Shown: positions 8,011 to 18,031 of the stretch, piece after piece
How the letters are laid out: every line of letters begins with the position of its first letter
Position numbering within the stretch: position 1 is the stretch's first letter
Origin: a virus
Taxonomy: Duplodnaviria > Caudoviricetes
Reading direction: 5' to 3' (one strand)
IMG/VR virus record: IMGVR_UViG_3300011116_001156
Coordinates: 1-51,268 of that record
Length of the DNA: 51,268 bases
Made by a program: the position numbers and the translations under genes
Notes under the pieces: generated by a model
Database searches by the model: none
The model's input: only the letters and a program-made list of their open reading frames with translations
What the model was told of the DNA's origin: nothing

Positions 8011-9465
8011 TTGCAAAGCAAACTCTCCATGTCTACCCAGCTTCAATTTCCCGAACATGCCCAGGTACTTTTCAAGCCCAAGCGCTTTAAGGTGCTGTGG
8101 GGCGGGAGAGGTGCGGGGAGAAGCTGGAATATTGCTCGCGCATTGCTGGTGATGGGGACACAGCGGTCAATCAGAGTTCTCTGCTGCCGCGAGTTGCAAA
8201 AGTCGATCAGTGAGTCAGTGCATAAGGTGCTCTCGGATCAGATCGAGTTCCTCGGGCTCAGCTCATGTTACAGAATTGAAGTTGCCAAGATTTATGGCAT
8301 CGGCCCGGCGCTGGGAACGGTCTTCTCCTTCGAGGGGATTAAGAATAACACCACTGCGATCAAGTCGTATGAGGGTATTGACTATTGCTGGGTTGAGGAA
8401 GCGAATAAGGTCAGCAAGGCGAGCTGGGCCATTCTGATCCCGACAGTCAGAAAGGAGACTCCCCTCGACTGGCGCGAACGGGGAATGGAGAAGCCAGACT
8501 TTCAATCTGAGATCTGGATCAGCTTTAACCCAGAGCTTGAGACTGACTACACCTACACTCGTTTTGTCAAGGACTCGCGGCTGAAGACTGTCCAGATGCA
8601 AGGCTCCAATGGTCTGCCCTGGACGTACAAGGAGTCCCCGGACAGCTTCGTCGTGAAGATGACCTACGCGGATAATCCCTGGTTCCCAGAAGTGCTCCGG
8701 ACAGAGATGCTGACGGAGAAAGAACGCGATTATGACAATTACCTAAACGTCTGGGAAGGGCATACCATTCTCCAGCTGGAGGGGGCGGTCTTTAAGAAGG
8801 AGCTGCGGAAGGCTCGGGAAGAGGATCGGATTTGTACTGTCCCCTGGGAGCGGGAGGTTCCGGTGGATACCTTCTGGGACTTGGGACGGAGAGACTCCAC
8901 TGGTATCTGGTTCGGCCAATTTGTCAGCTTTCAGTTCCGCGTGCTGGAGTACTTCGAGGACCAGGGCGAGGACATTACCCATTATATCAAAGCCTTGCAG
9001 AACAAGGAATATACTCTTGGCCACCACTTCCTCCCCCATGACGCGAAGCATAAGAAGCTGGTGTACAAACACTCAATCGAGCAGATTGTGAAAAACGCCT
9101 TCGGGAGTGACAATGTGACAGTTCTGCCCAGGGTCCCGGCGAAGTTCGACTCTATCAACGCTGCGCGTATGTTCTTCCCGAAGTGTTACTTTGATGAGGT
9201 TGGCTGCGCGGATGGGCTGGCGCATCTTAATCGGTACAGGTTTAAGGTTGTAGATAGTCAGTTCAGTAAGGAACCCCACCATGATGATGAGGGGCATTCG
9301 GACTGCGCTGACGCGTTTATGGAAATGGCCAGGGCCGCACAAATGCCCCGTGCTAAGCGAGGGCTCCTCGCCCGGATCGGACTCCCTGCGAGCGCTCGTC
9401 AGGGCAAAAATCGTATTACTGGTACTGCTGGCGTTCGCGCTGACGGTACTGGTTGGATGAGGTAG
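8011..9465 (+). CDS. terL: Terminase large subunit (PBSX-like)
   Basis: GGRGAGRS Walker A, WVEEA Walker B, SFNP, nuclease motifs WDLG, LPHDA, HSDCADAF; start may be ATG 8029. Confidence 0.95.
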   Translation: MQSKLSMSTQLQFPEHAQVLFKPKRFKVLWGGRGAGRSWNIARALLVMGTQRSIRVLCCRELQKSISESVHKVLSDQIEFLGLSSCYRIEVAKIYGIGPALGTVFSFEGIKNNTTAIKSYEGIDYCWVEEANKVSKASWAILIPTVRKETPLDWRERGMEKPDFQSEIWISFNPELETDYTYTRFVKDSRLKTVQMQGSNGLPWTYKESPDSFVVKMTYADNPWFPEVLRTEMLTEKERDYDNYLNVWEGHTILQLEGAVFKKELRKAREEDRICTVPWEREVPVDTFWDLGRRDSTGIWFGQFVSFQFRVLEYFEDQGEDITHYIKALQNKEYTLGHHFLPHDAKHKKLVYKHSIEQIVKNAFGSDNVTVLPRVPAKFDSINAARMFFPKCYFDEVGCADGLAHLNRYRFKVVDSQFSKEPHHDDEGHSDCADAFMEMARAAQMPRAKRGLLARIGLPASARQGKNRITGTAGVRADGTGWMR

Positions 9466-11573
9466 ACCAGATGGCAGCTGATCCCGAACTCGCCTCGTTG
9501 ACCCTGAGCAACGATCCAATTGTCGCGGAGGCGACGAAGAGATTCCGTCGGTGCTCGGAGTGGGAAGCGACGGCAAGGCAGAACTTTCTGTCGGATTATA
9601 AGTTCGCTCATGGGGACTCGGATAATGGGTTCCAGTGGCCCAATCGTATCCGCAACAATCGGGACCTGGACGCGCGCCCCTGCCTGACGATGAATGTCGT
9701 TCGTCAGCACAACCTGCAGATCATTAACGAGGCGAAGCAGAATAAGTCTAGCGTGGCTTTCAAAGCGACTGGTGGCGGGGCGAGCAAGGACTCGGCGGAT
9801 ATGCTCCAGGCGATGTTCCGGAGGGAAGAGTATCTCTCGAATGCACAAACCGCGTATGAGACAGCTTGTGAGTTTCAAGTGGCTGGCGGCTGGGGCTGGT
9901 GGAGAGTTGTGCTGGAGTACGAGGACAACAAGACCTTCAACCAGGGCTTTCGGATTAAACGAGTCTGGGACCCGCTGAGCGTCTACATGGATATGGACTG
10001 TCAGGAGAAAGATTGCTCTGACGCCAGGTATGGGTTTGTCTTCGATCTAGTCCCGGATGAACAACTGGAGGAAGCCTATCCTGGGATGAAGGAGCTGATG
10101 ACCCAGGCACCGCTGGGCAGCGCGACCACTGATGACTCCTGGAACATCAAGGATCATACCAGGGTCTGCGAGTACTTCCGCAAAGTCCCGAAGAAGGACA
10201 AGCTGGTGAGCTTCATCAACCCGAATGATGGGCGGAGAGTCCAGTTGAAGAAGTCTGGTATGCCACCAGAAGTCTACAAAGAGGTTCGACTGCTGCCGCT
10301 GACCAAAGAGCGTGATATTGTGAATTGGGAAATCCAGTGGTATCTGATCGTCGGCCAACAGATTGTGGATGAGACAATCTTTCCTGGGAAGTACATTCCG
10401 CTAATCCGAGTGCTGGGGGAGGAAACCATCATCGAGGGGATCATGGACCGGAAGGGCCATACTCGCGGGATGAAAGACGCGCAGAGAATGTATAACTACA
10501 ACGCCTCAGCGCAGATTGAATTTGGTGCTCTGCAGAGCAAGACTCCCTGGATCGTCGCGGCGAAGGCGATTGAAGAGTATGAGTCGATGTGGAATAGCGC
10601 GAATACGGTCAATCACTCGGTGCTGGTGTGGAACCATATCTCTGACGATGGTGGAGATGGGAAAGTTCCACCTCCTCAGCGCGTCGAGCCCCCGACGGCA
10701 TCCCCTGCCTATGCCTCTGGAATGGAAACTGCTTTCAACCAGATGATGATGACCTCTGGGCAATGGCAGAACCAGATGGGCATGGGCGGGAATGAGAGAA
10801 CTGGCGTGGCCATCGAAAGACGCCAGGACCAGGGATACACCGCTGTTTATCATTTTCAGAACAACTATGCGGAAGCGCTGAGGTTCACGGGAAAAATCTA
10901 CCTGGACGTGTTCCCGATAATCTACGACCGGCCACGACTGCTCAAGCTTCAGCTTGACAATGGCGAGGACTTCGACCTGCAGCTCGACCCGAACGCGAAG
11001 AGCGCCTACCAACAGCAACTGGACAAGGACAACCAGATTATCTCGCGGGTGCTAAATCCGACTGTTGGGGAGCATGATGTGCAGGCGGATGTGGGACCGG
11101 CGTACGGGACGAGGAAGGAGCAGACGGTGCAGGCGATGACACTGTTGCTGACGCAGAGCAAGGAACTGTCTCCGATCATTGCGGACCTGTTGCTCTCTGC
11201 TATGGACTTCCCGGAGGCGAGCGAGGCCGCACGGAGGCTGAAACGGATGGTTCCCCCGCAGGCCCTGGGCTTCGGTCCGAGCCAGAAGGAGCAGGAACTG
11301 CAACAGCAAGTCGCGGCGTTGCAAGACGCGCTTACGAAGTCGCTGCAAAAGCAAGGCGAGCAGAAGATCAAGATGCTCAGCAAGGAAGAGCTGCGGGATG
11401 TACAGGTCTTCGACGCAGAGACAAAGCGGATGGTCGCGCTGAAGGACTACCTGGGGCTGAATCCAGAAGGTGTCAAGGCGCTGCTCAAGGACCTGGAGAT
11501 GCAGAGTCTCCAGACAAGTATTGTTCAAATCGCAAACAGCGAAGTCGGGCAAGGCTCGACTGGAGGGAGCTGA
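9453..11573 (+). CDS. P22-like portal protein
   Basis: QWP...RP.LT.N, MKDAQRMYN, NERTGVAI..RQ.QG, DV.VGP.Y.TR motifs; follows terL. Confidence 0.92.
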   Translation: MDEVDQMAADPELASLTLSNDPIVAEATKRFRRCSEWEATARQNFLSDYKFAHGDSDNGFQWPNRIRNNRDLDARPCLTMNVVRQHNLQIINEAKQNKSSVAFKATGGGASKDSADMLQAMFRREEYLSNAQTAYETACEFQVAGGWGWWRVVLEYEDNKTFNQGFRIKRVWDPLSVYMDMDCQEKDCSDARYGFVFDLVPDEQLEEAYPGMKELMTQAPLGSATTDDSWNIKDHTRVCEYFRKVPKKDKLVSFINPNDGRRVQLKKSGMPPEVYKEVRLLPLTKERDIVNWEIQWYLIVGQQIVDETIFPGKYIPLIRVLGEETIIEGIMDRKGHTRGMKDAQRMYNYNASAQIEFGALQSKTPWIVAAKAIEEYESMWNSANTVNHSVLVWNHISDDGGDGKVPPPQRVEPPTASPAYASGMETAFNQMMMTSGQWQNQMGMGGNERTGVAIERRQDQGYTAVYHFQNNYAEALRFTGKIYLDVFPIIYDRPRLLKLQLDNGEDFDLQLDPNAKSAYQQQLDKDNQIISRVLNPTVGEHDVQADVGPAYGTRKEQTVQAMTLLLTQSKELSPIIADLLLSAMDFPEASEAARRLKRMVPPQALGFGPSQKEQELQQQVAALQDALTKSLQKQGEQKIKMLSKEELRDVQVFDAETKRMVALKDYLGLNPEGVKALLKDLEMQSLQTSIVQIANSEVGQGSTGGS

Positions 11574-11574
11574 G

Positions 11575-11919
11575 ATGGCACAATCTAGCGCACACTGCCA
11601 TAAACAAATCGCGAAGGTGGCGAAGGAAGCGGCCAGGGCTAGCTATGCTGAACTCATGGCGAGCAGCAATTTGACCTACCAACTCTGGAAGAAAATTCAC
11701 CCCGGCCTGAATGCGAAGCGCCTGGAGCAAGCCTGGGTCAACAAAAAATGGGGACTGTACATCCCGGTGGCTCGTACCACCCTAGGCCTACTCCTCTCCC
11801 AGCCCATTGACGAGAAGCTCAAGGATGAGATAGTAGAGATACTGGCCCTGGATCAGACACTTGTCCGGGGACGAGCCAACCCAGCGACCATCGCTGGAAC
11901 CCTAGCAACCCCGAAATAG
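11575..11919 (+). CDS. Hypothetical protein (head module)
   Basis: GGAG RBS; between portal and scaffold. Confidence 0.65.
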   Translation: MAQSSAHCHKQIAKVAKEAARASYAELMASSNLTYQLWKKIHPGLNAKRLEQAWVNKKWGLYIPVARTTLGLLLSQPIDEKLKDEIVEILALDQTLVRGRANPATIAGTLATPK

Positions 11920-11927
11920 GAGGCGTC

Positions 11928-12740
11928 ATGCACCTCAGAGAGCGATTCCTCGGTCAGACTAAGTTCTACTCCCCGGACGAACCGGCAGGGACATCTGCGC
12001 CGACTCCAGAACCAGCAGTGGCAGCGACTCCTGCTCCGACGCCAGCACCTACCCCGGACCCGGCTGCTGCCGCTGCTCCCACTCCTGCCCCGACTCCTGC
12101 TGAGGACTGGCGTGACAAACGAATTGCTGAGCTGACGTTCAAGCTCAATGAGGAGAAGAAAAAGCACCCGCCGGTCGCGGCAGTTACTCCTCCCCCGACT
12201 CCCTCCCAGGCCCCTGGTGAGTCCGAGGCCTCGTTCAACCAGAGGGTTGCCGATACTGCCGCTGAAATGGTTCGGATTGATAGCTGGAATAAGCAATGTA
12301 ACGAAGTCGCGGCAGCTGGATCGAAGGAGTTTACAGACTTTGGAACCAGGCTGGCTGGTGTCCGAACTGTTGTGAATAATGCCGACATGGCAGAGGTGCA
12401 AGCGTACAACGATGTCCTGGCCGCGACGTTTGAAGCGGCGGAAGGGAACTCGCATAAGCTGCTTTACTCCCTGACCGAGAATCCGGGCGAGTTTCGGAAG
12501 CTGATGGAAATGAGCCCTACCAAGCGAGCGGTCGAGTTGACCCGGAAAGCGGATAAGCTGGGGCAGGCTCCGACTGAGCCGGACCCGAGCGGCGCGCCGA
12601 GGCCGATCACTGCAGTGTCGAGCCGAGGACTCCACTACGACGGGATCAAGCCTGACGATGCTGTCAATGGCGCGAAGTTGCCAATTGGTCAGTGGATGGC
12701 AGAGAGAGAGAAACAAGCTGCTGAGAGAGGGATTCAATAA
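11928..12740 (+). CDS. Capsid scaffolding protein
   Basis: Pro/Ala-rich N-terminus, KRIAELT coiled coil, S.AP.PI motif, C-terminal WMAER; upstream of the coat gene. Confidence 0.8.
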   Translation: MHLRERFLGQTKFYSPDEPAGTSAPTPEPAVAATPAPTPAPTPDPAAAAAPTPAPTPAEDWRDKRIAELTFKLNEEKKKHPPVAAVTPPPTPSQAPGESEASFNQRVADTAAEMVRIDSWNKQCNEVAAAGSKEFTDFGTRLAGVRTVVNNADMAEVQAYNDVLAATFEAAEGNSHKLLYSLTENPGEFRKLMEMSPTKRAVELTRKADKLGQAPTEPDPSGAPRPITAVSSRGLHYDGIKPDDAVNGAKLPIGQWMAEREKQAAERGIQ

Positions 12741-12976
12741 TGCGAGTTCGCCATGCTAACGGGAAGGTTTCTGAAGGCTCGATGACTCACCACGACTCTA
12801 AGCGTGGAGTTGGTCGCGGCTTTGTGAGCAAAGAGACTCAGGCACACGAACGTAGCGAGGCTGACAAACGCAGTGAATATACTCGAGAAGCCGTCGGTCC
12901 TCATCGCGAACTTCCTGACGAAGACTACAGTGCTCCACTTGAACGGGATAAAGTTCCTCACGGATACGGTCGTTAA
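12740..12976 (+). CDS. Small charged hypothetical protein
   Basis: TAATG translational coupling to the scaffold gene. Confidence 0.5.
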   Translation: MRVRHANGKVSEGSMTHHDSKRGVGRGFVSKETQAHERSEADKRSEYTREAVGPHRELPDEDYSAPLERDKVPHGYGR

Positions 12977-13189
12977 GCCCGCAAGGGCTGGGTCCCAGGC
13001 CCGCTTCCTGGTGTTCGTGACTTCAGGCACGGAGTTACCTGATGCTCGGGAGGCAGGCCCGTAAACCTGCCCCAGTCTTGGCCTGGACTGCTGCCCTGCC
13101 TGCCCTACCATTGAGCTTGGGCAACTCGAACCCAGACCGGCTGGAGGCCGGTCACTGCAATAACATAGGGCTCAGGAGGCCCACGAACA

Positions 13190-14413
13190 ATGGCAAATTC
13201 GCTTCTTACAATCGACATGATTACTCGAGAGGCCGTGCGCCTCTGGAAGAACTCCAACGCGTTCATTCAGAACGTGGATATGCAGTATGATGAGAGCTTT
13301 GCTCAGGGCGGGGCCAAGATCGGTGACTCGCTTCGTATCCGGCTGCCGAGCGACTTTACCGTCGCGACTGGGCCGAGCTTGCAGGTGCAGGACACGACGG
13401 AACAGAGCACCACCCTCGTCCTCGCGACTCAGAAACACGTCGATGTGAGCTACTCGACCCAGCAGCGCACGATGCAGCTGGATGACTACTCTCGCCGTGT
13501 GCTCGCCCCGATGGTGAACAATCTGACGGGTGCGGTCGCTGTGGACATCATGTCTGGCTCCGAGGGCGGCATCTGTAACTTCGTCGCGAACCAGGATGTC
13601 AACAACGTCATCCTCAGCCCGATCGCCAGCACGTACCTGAATGCCGGTGCTTCGCTCGACATCAACTCGTCCCCGATTGCCAATCGTAAGATTGTTAACT
13701 CCCCGCGTACTGAGGCTCGCGTTGTGGCAGCCCTCAGTGGTTTGCTGAATCCTGCTCCGAGTATCTCCCGCCAGTATGTGACTGGCCGGATGTACGACGC
13801 GCTGGGTTTCATCTGGATGAAAGACCAGACGACGATCACGCACACCAATGGTACTGCGGCGCAGGGTGCGAACAGTGTAAACGGCGCGAGTCAAACCGGG
13901 CTGAGCATTACTGTCACTGCGACCTCAGGTACATTCAACATCGGTGATATTATCACCATTGCTGGCGTGACCTCGGTCAACCGCATCACCAAGCAGACGA
14001 CTGGTGAACTTCGCCAGTTCGCTGTCACGGCGAATGTGGCTGCGGGTAGCACGAGCATTCCGATCTACCCGGCGATTGTTCCGGCCTCCGGCGGTAATCA
14101 GGTCCAGTACCAGACTGTCGTGGCGAGTCCCGCGAACGGCGCGCTGATCAACCAGACGAACACCCTGGCTGCCAGTGCTGTTTATCGGAAAAACTTCGCT
14201 TACGCGCCGGAGGCAGTCACCCTCGCGACTGCCGATCTGGAAATGCCCAAGAGTGTGCATGAAGTCGCCCGTGAGCAGTTCGATGGCGTGTCCATGCGGA
14301 TGGTTACTGACTACTTCATCGGTACTGACCAGCTGATCACCCGCCTCGATGTCCTCTACGGCTATCTCTGGATTCGCCCGGAGTGGGCTGTGGTCGTTGC
14401 TGACATCGTTTAG
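13190..14413 (+). CDS. Major capsid protein (P22 coat-like)
   Basis: MANSLLTIDMITREA...AKIGDSLRIRLP N-terminus and RLDVLYG..WIRPEW C-terminus; AGGAGG RBS. Confidence 0.95.
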   Translation: MANSLLTIDMITREAVRLWKNSNAFIQNVDMQYDESFAQGGAKIGDSLRIRLPSDFTVATGPSLQVQDTTEQSTTLVLATQKHVDVSYSTQQRTMQLDDYSRRVLAPMVNNLTGAVAVDIMSGSEGGICNFVANQDVNNVILSPIASTYLNAGASLDINSSPIANRKIVNSPRTEARVVAALSGLLNPAPSISRQYVTGRMYDALGFIWMKDQTTITHTNGTAAQGANSVNGASQTGLSITVTATSGTFNIGDIITIAGVTSVNRITKQTTGELRQFAVTANVAAGSTSIPIYPAIVPASGGNQVQYQTVVASPANGALINQTNTLAASAVYRKNFAYAPEAVTLATADLEMPKSVHEVAREQFDGVSMRMVTDYFIGTDQLITRLDVLYGYLWIRPEWAVVVADIV

Positions 14414-14446
14414 CTAGTCCCCGCAACCCCACCTAGCTGAGCGGAC

Positions 14447-14482
14447 AGACCCGGAGAGCAGAAATATTCTCCGGGTCTTTCT
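14447..14482 (+). terminator. Intrinsic terminator after the coat gene
   Basis: AGACCCGGAGA / TCTCCGGGTCT stem followed by TTCT. Confidence 0.65.
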
Positions 14483-14500
14483 GCCTCTAGTAGAAACCCC

Positions 14501-14812
14501 ATGCAAGAGGAACCGGTCATGACCACCTGGACAGAAATGAAGATCGCGATTACAGAGCTGATGAATACTAGGCCGCAACCAGCGACGCTGGCAATTCGCG
14601 CGGCGCAGGGAGTAGAGGATGGACTCGCATTTTTGGCGAGTCAGGGTTATAATTTTGAAATCGCCCCGAGGGGGACACTGGGGGAACTGCAAGAGCTGAA
14701 AGACCTGCAGATGTCACTGCCGCTGTCGATTGCTGATGCGAGCAAGCTGGTGACTGCCCCGAAGGCTCCGATGACGAGCAAGTTCGAGGCGATGACGAAG
14801 AGAGTGAGCTAG
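14501..14812 (+). CDS. Hypothetical protein
   Basis: ORF with GAGG RBS; likely start ATG 14519. Confidence 0.55.
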   Translation: MQEEPVMTTWTEMKIAITELMNTRPQPATLAIRAAQGVEDGLAFLASQGYNFEIAPRGTLGELQELKDLQMSLPLSIADASKLVTAPKAPMTSKFEAMTKRVS

Positions 14813-14839
14813 TTTTAACAATAGCAAAGGAATGACCTG

Positions 14840-15442
14840 ATGGCGATGAATCCGATGATGCCTGACTATGGCAAGCCCGATCCGATGGGAAGTGTCTCCT
14901 CTGGTCCGATGAACCAGTCTAATCCTTCTCCGGGTGGGATTGGGCCACTACAGACTGTCAATATGCGCGCAACGGGCGAGCCTCCATTTACTACACGCGA
15001 AACGGGCGGGCCTTCGGTAGGTGTAAAAGGGCCGGGAGAATGGGGATACGTCGCGCCGCCTATGCCTGATAATATAAGCAAGTCCAACTCTGGTCCGTTC
15101 CCTGTCGGACAGCAGATAGGTGGTGATACTGGCACTATGCCGATGGGGATTATTGGTAGGACTGCTGACGGCTTTGGTGGCGGGCAGCCGAGTGCACTAC
15201 AGCAGCTGCCAGGAGGATTCCTGGGTGGCACTCCGAGGACGCCGCTGGGCGGTCAAGCTGGCGTCGGTGGGATGGCACAGGTTGGAGCACAGATTCAAGA
15301 CGCGGCAGCAAGGCAACGCGCTGGCATGGTTTCCAGTCCATCGAATCCACCAATGACTGCTGTCCGAGGCGAGGGTGCGGCGACTGGATACTCTGCCCCT
15401 GACTACGCGACCGCGCCGGGTCAGAATTTTTACGGACGCTAG
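14840..15442 (+). CDS. Gly/Pro/Met-rich low-complexity protein
   Basis: AAAGGA RBS; disorder-type composition. Confidence 0.6.
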   Translation: MAMNPMMPDYGKPDPMGSVSSGPMNQSNPSPGGIGPLQTVNMRATGEPPFTTRETGGPSVGVKGPGEWGYVAPPMPDNISKSNSGPFPVGQQIGGDTGTMPMGIIGRTADGFGGGQPSALQQLPGGFLGGTPRTPLGGQAGVGGMAQVGAQIQDAAARQRAGMVSSPSNPPMTAVRGEGAATGYSAPDYATAPGQNFYGR

Positions 15443-15487
15443 CCCTCAACCAGGGGGTCCATGCCCCCGTAACCTGGAGCACTACCA

Positions 15488-16012
15488 ATGTCTCGAAAAG
15501 TAAAGTTCACAATCTACGATGCGATGCAGGAGAAAGGGGTCTTCGACACCAATCCTGCGAACGCATTCTCTCGCGATCCGACTGATGGGCACACTCTCTA
15601 CAAAGGGCCAGTGCAGTATCCGAAGATGCTCTATCATCCAAAGGGGGAGCAGAGGATCACTGTCCCAGGGACAGTTGAGGTGGATAAAGCTGGCGGTCGG
15701 ATGATCGTTGGAGAGCAGCGTGAGTTGATCTACATGACTGTCGAGAACGAGGCGGAGGAGAAAGCTGCTGTTGCCAAGGGTTGGCATGTGCAGGCAGCTG
15801 GTGCGATCCGCGCGCGGGTGAACCAGATCATCTCCTCCAACCCGAACATCTCGGACGAGGAGAAAGAACTGCTCCTCGCGAGTGTTCCGATGATCCAGGC
15901 TGATCGGGTGAAAGAACTGGAGGCTGAAATTGCCAAGCTCCAGTCCGAGAAAGCCAAACCAGTCGCTGGTGCTGTTGCGAAGCCTGCGACTGCCACTGCA
16001 ACTGCTGCTTAA
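15488..16012 (+). CDS. Conserved head-module protein
   Basis: YPKMLYHP motif and V.N..EE pattern seen next to P22-like coat genes. Confidence 0.6.
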   Translation: MSRKVKFTIYDAMQEKGVFDTNPANAFSRDPTDGHTLYKGPVQYPKMLYHPKGEQRITVPGTVEVDKAGGRMIVGEQRELIYMTVENEAEEKAAVAKGWHVQAAGAIRARVNQIISSNPNISDEEKELLLASVPMIQADRVKELEAEIAKLQSEKAKPVAGAVAKPATATATAA

Positions 16013-16024
16013 GGAGTACTCCCC

Positions 16025-17434
16025 CTGTCTGTCCTGGACCCAAACAATATCACCCTTGGCGATCTCTGCACCGCTGCGATGCAGGAATGCGGGCGGCTTG
16101 GGACTGGACAGACAGCCTCCGGCGAGGACATGTCCAAGGCCTGGGCGCGGCTCCAGTTCATGCTGCAACAGTGGCAGCAGAAGCGGTGGCTGGTTTACCA
16201 CCTGGTGACTTATACTATTGTCTCCACTGGCGCGACCAGCTATACCTTCGGTCCTGGGGGAGAGATTAACACGAACCAGGCATCTGCCTGGCAACTCACC
16301 GAGCTTGGGGTGCTCTCCGGGAGCGAAGGCTCTGGGTATGCTCCTGGGGACATTCTGACGCTAGCGGCCAACCCAGCCTCTGGGAATCCGACAACTGCCC
16401 AACTCGTGCAGGTGCTTACCGCTGACAGCTCTGGCGGGATTACGAGTATCCAGACTGACGTAGCGGCGATCGGGAGCATCCAGTTCTTCGCGAATCCAAT
16501 CGCCAGCGAGACGATCACCCTCAATGGAACTACCTGGACCTTTGTCGCCGCTGGCGCAACTGGGAACCAGACGAATATCCAGGCAACTGCGGACTTGACG
16601 CTCGCGCAGTTGGTCACGGACCTAAACGCGAGTACGAATGCTGTAATCTCCACCGCGAGCTATTCCGTAACTGGAACGCTGGCCGCGACGACGTTGAAGC
16701 TTCAGGTTCTGTTCGACACGACGGGAACGCTCGGGAACAGCTTTACTCTCGCTGCCAGCACAGCCACTGTGTCCGGAACGACACTGACTTCCGGGCTGGA
16801 CAACGCGACGAGTTATCCTGGCCCGCTTCCGAACACCTGGAGCATCAATTCCTCTACCGGAACTGGGTTTAATGCAGTCCTCGGCTTTCCGACCTGGACC
16901 AAGGTCACAAGTATCGCCACCGTGTCTGGCTCCCAGCGTCCGGCCAAGGTCGAGTCCGCGTTCCTCCGCCAAATCCAAGTCTCGGGCTCAAACCAAGTAG
17001 ACTACCCGCTGCGGATTCTCCAGGCCCATGAGGACTATGACAAGATCGGGCTGAAGACTCTCCAAGGGTTCTCCGGGACAGTTTTCCTCGACTCTGACTT
17101 TCCCCTGGGCAACGTCTTCTGCAATCCGGTGCCGAACTCGGGTCAGTACTCGATCAATCTGACAGTCAAGCAACCGCTCCAGACCCAGTTCGCGAGCTAC
17201 GCGACGGCGATTAACCTGCCGGAGGAATACTATGCGGCGATTATGTACAACCTGGCGATTAGACTGCGCCCGACGTTCCAGATTCCGACGTTCCCTGGGG
17301 ACCCGCTGCCTGGGCTGGCAAACGATGCCCTCGCAGTCGTTCGGGGTCCGAATACCCAGATTGCGAGTCTGGTGATGCCTGCGCAGCTAACTCGACCGGG
17401 AGTCTACAATATCTTCTCGGACCAAAATTACTAA
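16025..17434 (+). CDS. Head-tail adaptor (P22 gp4-like) with large inserted domains
   Basis: T.GD....A..E.G.LG.GQT.S.ED N-terminus and LPEEY..AI.YNLA.RL C-terminus; probable CTG start at 16025 behind AAGGAG. Confidence 0.75.
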   Translation: MSVLDPNNITLGDLCTAAMQECGRLGTGQTASGEDMSKAWARLQFMLQQWQQKRWLVYHLVTYTIVSTGATSYTFGPGGEINTNQASAWQLTELGVLSGSEGSGYAPGDILTLAANPASGNPTTAQLVQVLTADSSGGITSIQTDVAAIGSIQFFANPIASETITLNGTTWTFVAAGATGNQTNIQATADLTLAQLVTDLNASTNAVISTASYSVTGTLAATTLKLQVLFDTTGTLGNSFTLAASTATVSGTTLTSGLDNATSYPGPLPNTWSINSSTGTGFNAVLGFPTWTKVTSIATVSGSQRPAKVESAFLRQIQVSGSNQVDYPLRILQAHEDYDKIGLKTLQGFSGTVFLDSDFPLGNVFCNPVPNSGQYSINLTVKQPLQTQFASYATAINLPEEYYAAIMYNLAIRLRPTFQIPTFPGDPLPGLANDALAVVRGPNTQIASLVMPAQLTRPGVYNIFSDQNY

Positions 17435-17535
17435 TCCCCGCCCCGTTGGGGCTGTTCCGCAGGGTGGCTGGTCACTGACCCTGGGTCCTAAATCTTCACC
17501 GACCACGGAGGTCCAGTAAAAATGGATAACTGCTC

Positions 17536-17979
17536 ATGATTGTAACTACAACTTTCATCCCTGGGCCTCGGCTCATTGATGGACAAGACCTGAACAACGC
17601 GTTCCAGCAAGCGATGGGCCTCGCGCCCGCGAAGTTCACGACGGCAGCACTGACGGCGGGGACGATCCCGGCGGCCAGTATTGTCGGCGCGGAACATTGC
17701 ATCTGGCAGAACACGGGAGCGACTCCTGGCGCGCAAACCTTTCCGACTGCAGCGACTCTCTACGCTGCAATTACTGGAGCGTATGTTGGCCTGGTGACTA
17801 TCTTCCGTGTGGTGAACACTGGTGCTGGTACACTGACGCTGACAGCTGATGCTGGTACGACAGTCACCATCACTGGCACTGCGACTATCGCGACGAACGT
17901 CTGGAGGGAATACACTATCACATTTACCTCCGCGACCGCCGCGACAGTCCAGTCCATTGGCTCTGGTGTCTCGCCGTAG
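17536..17979 (+). CDS. Virion structural protein (decoration-like)
   Basis: Thr/Ala-rich beta protein with PGPRLIDG.DLN and T.PTAA motifs. Confidence 0.6.
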   Translation: MIVTTTFIPGPRLIDGQDLNNAFQQAMGLAPAKFTTAALTAGTIPAASIVGAEHCIWQNTGATPGAQTFPTAATLYAAITGAYVGLVTIFRVVNTGAGTLTLTADAGTTVTITGTATIATNVWREYTITFTSATAATVQSIGSGVSP

Positions 17980-18031
17980 TCTCGTCCTCGTCCTCTCCAT
18001 CAATCTTTCTCTCTGAAAAGGAACTACCTCA

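Noticed and set aside
12873-13064. Alternative-frame ORF with GIKFLTD resembling the coat's GVSMRMVTD
   Set aside because: The match is too short and weak, and there is no RBS
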